From NCBI GenBank assembly GCA_040326155.1, contig JBEQLE010000097.1:1-12827 (forward strand): a stretch of 12,827 nucleotides of DNA, given 5' to 3'. The notes beneath the pieces were generated by a model. It searched no databases. It was not told the origin of the DNA and saw nothing but the letters and a program-made list of their open reading frames with translations. Positions 8,538 to 12,827 of this stretch are shown piece after piece. How positions within the stretch are numbered: the stretch's first letter is position 1; each line of letters starts with the position of its first letter. The translations under genes were made by a program, and so were the position numbers. This stretch comes from Leptospirales bacterium. Lineage in GTDB: Bacteria; Spirochaetota; Leptospiria; Turneriellales; JAOUFE01.

Positions 8538-9200
8538 ATGAAGATACGAGAATTTACAGGTTTCAGTTTACCGGATAAAAAAAGGGGTATTGCATTTTTC
8601 AATTGGAATCTGGCATGGGTTACTTGCTTTATTATTATGTATGGCTCAATGAATTGGATTACATCTAAAGAGCAGTCGCCTCTACAGTTGTTTTTTGAAT
8701 GGGAGCTTTCTATACCTTTTCTACCGGGGTTTATCTGGATATACTTATCGATTGTATTTATCTTTTTTGTACCCTTATTTTTTTCAAACGTGAACGGTAT
8801 TCGGTATTTAGGACCCAAAATGCTTTGGGCAACTTTTACGGCAGGCATTTTGTTTTGGTTGTTTCCCGCTGAAGCGGGTTATGTCAGGTCTGATACTATA
8901 GCGGACCAATACCTTCTATTTAGGATTTTGTATTTTTTCGACCATTATCCGCATAATCTGTTTCCTTCGTTGCATATTACATATAGTGCTATTCTTGTAT
9001 TTTCCATGTTGACAAGTGTCAAAACTGTCATAAAATGGTTATTATGGATTTGGTTTCTTGTAATTTGTCTGTCTGTTTTTGTTGTTCACCAACACCATCT
9101 TGTGGACGTTGCAGGGGGAGTTTTGTTAGCGTTGGCTATTCATATGCTGAGTCGACATGGTAGCAAACCCATTTTAAAAAATGAAGATAACACGGGGTAA
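8538..9200 (+). CDS. PAP2-superfamily integral membrane phosphatase/phosphotransferase
   Basis: 220 aa, about 6 TM. NLFPSLHI and HQHHLVDV motifs match the PAP2 C2/C3 catalytic motifs. Confidence 0.85.
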   Translation: MKIREFTGFSLPDKKRGIAFFNWNLAWVTCFIIMYGSMNWITSKEQSPLQLFFEWELSIPFLPGFIWIYLSIVFIFFVPLFFSNVNGIRYLGPKMLWATFTAGILFWLFPAEAGYVRSDTIADQYLLFRILYFFDHYPHNLFPSLHITYSAILVFSMLTSVKTVIKWLLWIWFLVICLSVFVVHQHHLVDVAGGVLLALAIHMLSRHGSKPILKNEDNTG

Positions 9201-9277
9201 GTTTATAATTAAAAGAATTCTTCCAATTCAATCGTTTTCATATTTTCCTGAGTTTCTTATGGTTATTTCTTGTTTTA

Positions 9278-9297
9278 TGGTTTGAAATTCCCCATCG
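9278..9297 (+). repeat. Dispersed intergenic 20-bp imperfect palindrome, copy R3
   Basis: TGGTTTGAAATTCCCCATCG(G), between convergent genes. Confidence 0.85.
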
Positions 9298-9398
9298 GAA
9301 TTTTTTGGCTGTGATCTCGCCTTCCTTAATTCTGTAAATCCGAAAAGCCTGTCTATTCATTTTCTCTTCGCGCACTTTGAACCTTTTTGGCTAAAAAT

Positions 9399-9418
9399 TG
9401 GTTTGAAATTCCCCACCA
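9399..9418 (+). repeat. Dispersed intergenic 20-bp imperfect palindrome, copy R4
   Basis: TGGTTTGAAATTCCCCACCA(G), 121 bp after R3. Confidence 0.9.
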
Positions 9419-9473
9419 GGAGAATTTTGTGTATCATACGTCGGGGGTGATGGAGAACCAACGGGTCGGAATC

Positions 9474-9496
9474 AGGGGGTAGGCTTACCCCCTTTT
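9474..9496. terminator. GC-rich hairpin directly after the YjdF stop, probable terminator
   Basis: AGGGGGTA-ggct-TACCCCCT, a perfect 8-bp stem (9474-9493). The T-run follows on the + strand; the tail is weak on the - strand. Confidence 0.55.
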
Positions 9497-10109
9497 AAGT
9501 TGTTGTATTCAATCGTGCAATTTGTCTGTTGTGGAATTTTGATAACAGTAGAAGTGAGCAAATGGCCCCGATGGCGGCTAAGAGCATATCGGACTGGGTG
9601 TCCCAGACATAACCCTGGGTTCCGAGGAAGGCTTCGGCTCCTTCTTCGCTTGTCAGGGCTACCCACCATTCGACGAGTTCGTAAAAAGCGCTGAAGGCGA
9701 GACAGATGGAGACGACGATGAAAAAGAGCCACCCCGACTTTACAACCACAGATTTACGGATTAGAATTTCACGGGTTAGAATGGCTGGTATAAAGCCCTG
9801 GGCAAAGTGACCAATCTTGTCGTAGTTATTTCGTTCGAATCCAAACCACTCTTTCATATGCTCAAACAAGGGGACTTCGGAGTATGTATAGTGACCCCCG
9901 ACCATTAAGATTGCGGCGTGTACCAAGATGAGTATATAAAGCAGTGGAGTCAGTGGAAAGGTTTTGCGAGTAAGTCCTATTAACACTAGGCCGATGATTG
10001 CGGGAAACACTTCGAGAAACCAGTTCCAGTAATCTTTCGGGGCAATTGCCGACCATATGAGAACGATGAAGAATATGGCTATCCATGTTATCTGGGTGAA
10101 GTATTTCAT
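9495..10109 (-). CDS. yjdF: YjdF/DUF2238-family inner membrane protein
   Basis: 204 aa. GGHYTYSEVP, RNNYDKIGHFAQG, AFSAFYELVEW and FLGTQGYVWDTQSDM motifs. Confidence 0.88.
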   Translation of the reverse strand: MKYFTQITWIAIFFIVLIWSAIAPKDYWNWFLEVFPAIIGLVLIGLTRKTFPLTPLLYILILVHAAILMVGGHYTYSEVPLFEHMKEWFGFERNNYDKIGHFAQGFIPAILTREILIRKSVVVKSGWLFFIVVSICLAFSAFYELVEWWVALTSEEGAEAFLGTQGYVWDTQSDMLLAAIGAICSLLLLSKFHNRQIARLNTTT

Positions 10110-10154
10110 TATGAATGGGTAAATGGCTAGTGTACTGTTGTAAAGGAGAATTTA

Positions 10155-10174
10155 TGGTCTGAAATTCCCCACCA
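10155..10174 (+). repeat. Dispersed intergenic 20-bp imperfect palindrome, copy R5
   Basis: TGGTCTGAAATTCCCCACCA(G), flanked by AGAATTTA at 10147-10154 and 10177-10184. Confidence 0.9.
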
Positions 10175-10190
10175 GTAGAATTTAAAGAGC

Positions 10191-10218
10191 AGGCTGGAAA
10201 ACAGGAAGTTCCCAGCCT
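10191..10218 (-). terminator. Hairpin downstream of the orphan gene, possible terminator
   Basis: AGGCTGG...CCAGCCT 7-bp arms with inner AAC/GTT pairing, 27 nt past the stop at 10246. The - strand tail is GCTCTTT. Confidence 0.35.
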
Positions 10219-10245
10219 ATAGCATTGGAAATTACGAGAAGGTCT

Positions 10246-10872
10246 CTATTTCCAGATATCCCCGTTAAAATGTTCCTCAAATTCCGCTTTGTAGGCTTTA
10301 TAATAAAAAGCCATCCAGTTTGCTTTATAGATATCATCGACATTTTTTTGTGCTGCGTCGCTGGTAAATATGGATTGTGACAAGGATGGTCCGACGATGG
10401 GAATCCAGTATAAAAATGTACGTAGACCAAATCCGTAACTTATGCTATGGATTATTTTATTCATTACTTGATCGATAAACCAGATGTCTTCTGTTGCATG
10501 TTTTTTTTGTGATTTGTAATCTTTACCATTGAGCGTTAAAGTAAAGTCACGTTTACGTCCCATTACAAAAAAGTCTGAAATTTCTCGCTTCATGTTACCC
10601 GTGACATCAGTTTTCAAATCACCGGTATTAAAGTACCTGCTGTCCGTGTTCATTGAACCCAGAAAATCTTTAAACTCGGGTGTCATTTTTGCCCATTTTC
10701 GACGCCTGTTCGCAAGCCGAAAGACGGGAACCAAAGTAACAAAGAATACTAATATTAAAAGAGGAATTGCTATTATTAGTATTGTACCACCGGAACCACC
10801 AAAAAGATTATCCCATTGTGTCCCTCTTAATATCGGAATGTATTTTTCTAAAAAATCAGTTATATATTTCAT
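10246..10872 (-). CDS. Hypothetical membrane protein, no recognised family
   Basis: 208 aa with AAGGA upstream of the ATG. TM helix TILIIAIPLLILVFFVTLVPVF followed by basic RRRK, and a second hydrophobic patch FLYWIPIVG. Confidence 0.7.
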   Translation of the reverse strand: MKYITDFLEKYIPILRGTQWDNLFGGSGGTILIIAIPLLILVFFVTLVPVFRLANRRRKWAKMTPEFKDFLGSMNTDSRYFNTGDLKTDVTGNMKREISDFFVMGRKRDFTLTLNGKDYKSQKKHATEDIWFIDQVMNKIIHSISYGFGLRTFLYWIPIVGPSLSQSIFTSDAAQKNVDDIYKANWMAFYYKAYKAEFEEHFNGDIWK

Positions 10873-11070
10873 GCTTTAATCCTTTTACATCAGTCTATTT
10901 TATTGGTTATTTTCTTTAAAACTATATTAGAAATTTGTATTTTCGTAAACTATAGCTGACCATAGAAATAATAATGGTTTTAGTCGCGTCAAGTCCTTTT
11001 CTCTTGCACGGCAATTTTCAGTTTCATTATCATGAGCAGCAGTTAGATGAAATAAAAAAGACTCTTGCCC

Positions 11071-11090
11071 TGATGGGGAATTTCAGACCA
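11071..11090 (-). repeat. Dispersed intergenic 20-bp imperfect palindrome, copy R6
   Basis: Minus strand TGGTCTGAAATTCCCCATCA(G), 28 nt past the DUF411 stop. Confidence 0.9.
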
Positions 11091-11118
11091 TGATTATTCT
11101 ATACCCTGAAGTTCTTGC

Positions 11119-11661
11119 TCAATATTTTTCGTAATGCTTGAATATACTGACTTTTCCCGCAGGTGCGTTCGGATCAATAGGGGCTTCAAATGAGAATACA
11201 CTAAAAACATCTTTGTGGCCGGGGTTTTCCATGCCTGGGGTCCCAACGGGCATTTTCGGGACGGTCAAACCTATGATGTCGGGACGTTCTGTAAGTAGTT
11301 GCACAATGTCTTCCGCCGGAACATGTCCTTCTATTATATAACCGTCAATAACTGCAGTGTGACAGGAGGCGAGGTGGGCAGGAACGCCGAGTTTTTGTTT
11401 CACCGGATCCATGTTGTCCGTTGGAATATCAATTACTTTGAAATTATGTTTTTCAAGGTGGGATATCCATTTTTTACAGCATCCACAGGTGGGGCTATGG
11501 TAGACCTCGATTTCCAGTTTTGAAACTTTTGAGGCGTCATAGTTTTTTAAGTCCCACACGTTGACTTCTGGTGTAGATGCTGCGGGAGTTTTTTCACAAC
11601 CAGCAAAGAGGGAAAATAGTAATAATAGTAAAAATAGTAAAAAATATTTGTTTGATTTCAT
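11119..11661 (-). CDS. DUF411-family (CopG-like) metal-binding lipoprotein
   Basis: 180 aa. LFAGC lipobox, SPTCGCCKKW, SCHTA, IEGHVPA and GLTVPKMPVGTPGME motifs; AGGA RBS. Confidence 0.9.
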   Translation of the reverse strand: MKSNKYFLLFLLLLLFSLFAGCEKTPAASTPEVNVWDLKNYDASKVSKLEIEVYHSPTCGCCKKWISHLEKHNFKVIDIPTDNMDPVKQKLGVPAHLASCHTAVIDGYIIEGHVPAEDIVQLLTERPDIIGLTVPKMPVGTPGMENPGHKDVFSVFSFEAPIDPNAPAGKVSIFKHYEKY

Positions 11662-11761
11662 ATAGTTTCCTGATTTAATTCAAAATATTGGATTTACAAA
11701 AAATCAGTTCAGAATGCTTGCGGTGTCAAGGGTTATTTCGGATTGAGAGTTATTGAATCTA

Positions 11762-11781
11762 AGGTGTGTAATTTCAGACCA
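11762..11781 (-). repeat. Dispersed intergenic 20-bp imperfect palindrome, copy R7
   Basis: Minus strand TGGTCTGAAATTACACACCT, 28 nt past the polymerase stop. Shares 20 contiguous nt (GGTGTGTAATTTCAGACCAA) with R1. Confidence 0.88.
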
Positions 11782-11809
11782 ACGGTGTACAGTCCATGAC
11801 CACACAAAA

Positions 11810-12826
11810 TCACCCAAACATCTCGAATTGACCGGTTTTAAGTTCATCGAAGTAAAACTTGTGGGGGGCAAAACTTTCCCAGATCTCTTTAAAGGCTTTC
11901 CATAGAACTCTTTCGTAGTAACGGGTATCGTAGGGTGGGCTTTTCCCCTTGCCGGCAATAGACTGGGCCCTTTCTTCTGACAAATAGCGGAGGCTTTTAT
12001 CGGGGCAACCTTCGTTCATTACGAGGTACTTTATTTTTTCACCAGCTTGAACTCCGCTTTGCAGGTTTTCTTCAAGTTCGCGCATCATCAATAGAGTGGC
12101 ATTTTCGGCAGAGTATTCCGAACGCTCTTTGGAGGCCGTGCGGCGAATAAGAAGTTTGCGCCAGGGAATTTTGCGGCTACGAACCTGGTCGCGGTAGCGA
12201 AAATAAACGACCTCCAGATTTTCCCTGGTATCTAAAATTTCTTTTATAGTCTGGCACTTCTCGAAAAATTCGAGTATCTCTTTTTGAAAATCTTTTATCC
12301 ACTCAGTGGTATCTTTTCGGCGAAGAGCGATGCCTCGGTATTTAAGTCCCCCGGTGCTAAAGCGCCCCAGATATCGATTTGCGACGGTAAGGCGAGAGTC
12401 GGCGACTGCGGTAAAAAACAGCATCCAGGAGAATACCCCATCAATACTCATCTCGACCCCTGTGGCCTCTGTAATTTCGTTGCAAAGATCCTCAAGTTCG
12501 TTGGAGCTTACGGGTTGCCTGTTCTCTTTTTGAATAAAGACACAATCGACTATGATGTTCAGGGTTCGAAACCCGTTTTTTTCGGAAATCTCTTTAGCGG
12601 TCAGTATTTTATCTCGACCGTAAGCGGTAACGGCTTCGTGAGACTCCAGCTTCCCAAACTTCGCGTTTCGATAACCAAGGTATCCAAAGGAGGTTACGAG
12701 CATCCACTTTAAAGAACCCTGGCGGGAGTCGTAGTGTTCAAGCTCCTTTTCGAGGTTTTGAATTTTACTTGTCAGTTGTTTGGATAATTCGTCAGGCAAT
12801 TTTCGGAGTATTTTGTCCTTCAACTC
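11810..12826 (-). CDS. Family B DNA polymerase, PolB2-like, C-terminal part (5' end outside the window)
   Basis: The frame is open to the window edge. Motif B region LKWMLVTSFGYLGYRNAKFG, motif C region NIIVDCVF, then NRYLG and KYRGIALRRKD. Confidence 0.85.
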   Translation of the reverse strand, partial: ELKDKILRKLPDELSKQLTSKIQNLEKELEHYDSRQGSLKWMLVTSFGYLGYRNAKFGKLESHEAVTAYGRDKILTAKEISEKNGFRTLNIIVDCVFIQKENRQPVSSNELEDLCNEITEATGVEMSIDGVFSWMLFFTAVADSRLTVANRYLGRFSTGGLKYRGIALRRKDTTEWIKDFQKEILEFFEKCQTIKEILDTRENLEVVYFRYRDQVRSRKIPWRKLLIRRTASKERSEYSAENATLLMMRELEENLQSGVQAGEKIKYLVMNEGCPDKSLRYLSEERAQSIAGKGKSPPYDTRYYERVLWKAFKEIWESFAPHKFYFDELKTGQFEMFG

Positions 12827-12827
12827 G

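Noticed and set aside
8327..10174. R2-R5 as a CRISPR array
   Set aside because: Periods are 121-951 bp and contain whole genes, other copies are inverted, and there are no cas genes.
3143..11781. Repeats as integron attC sites or Xer dif/pdif sites
   Set aside because: Only 20 bp, with no RYYYAAC/GTTRRRY ends, and the genes are not co-oriented. GGTGTGTAA loosely recalls a XerC arm, but there is no TTATGTTAAA XerD arm.
950..12712. Short ORFs overlapping larger genes (e.g. 950-1216, 8507-8848, 10529-10879, 11704-11958, 12284-12712)
   Set aside because: They are antisense or alternate-frame shadows of well-supported genes, with no motifs.

Overview
AT-rich bacterial chromosomal window holding a mosaic of mostly unrelated genes. 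In order: 3' end of a CAP-domain gene, a DUF2301 membrane protein, an LTA-synthase/sulfatase-like enzyme, a GDPD-like phosphodiesterase, a lipoprotein, a MarR regulator, an rtcB2-prfH ribosome rescue/repair pair, a YkuE-like metallophosphoesterase, a PAP2 protein, YjdF/DUF2238, an orphan membrane protein, a DUF411 lipoprotein and the 3' part of a PolB2-like family B DNA polymerase. Two non-coding signals stand out. (1) A 20-bp imperfect palindrome (TGGTYTGAAATTMCMCAYCD) occurs 7 times, always between genes, in both orientations. It sits in every gene gap from 8.3 to 11.8 kb and partitions single genes into cassette-like units, with no recombinase or transposase in the window. (2) The rtcB2-prfH leader carries a GGAGGT-led 11-codon uORF whose stop abuts a terminator-like hairpin within a run of six hairpins, suggesting translation-sensing attenuation. 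Family calls come from motif recognition only; no searches were run.
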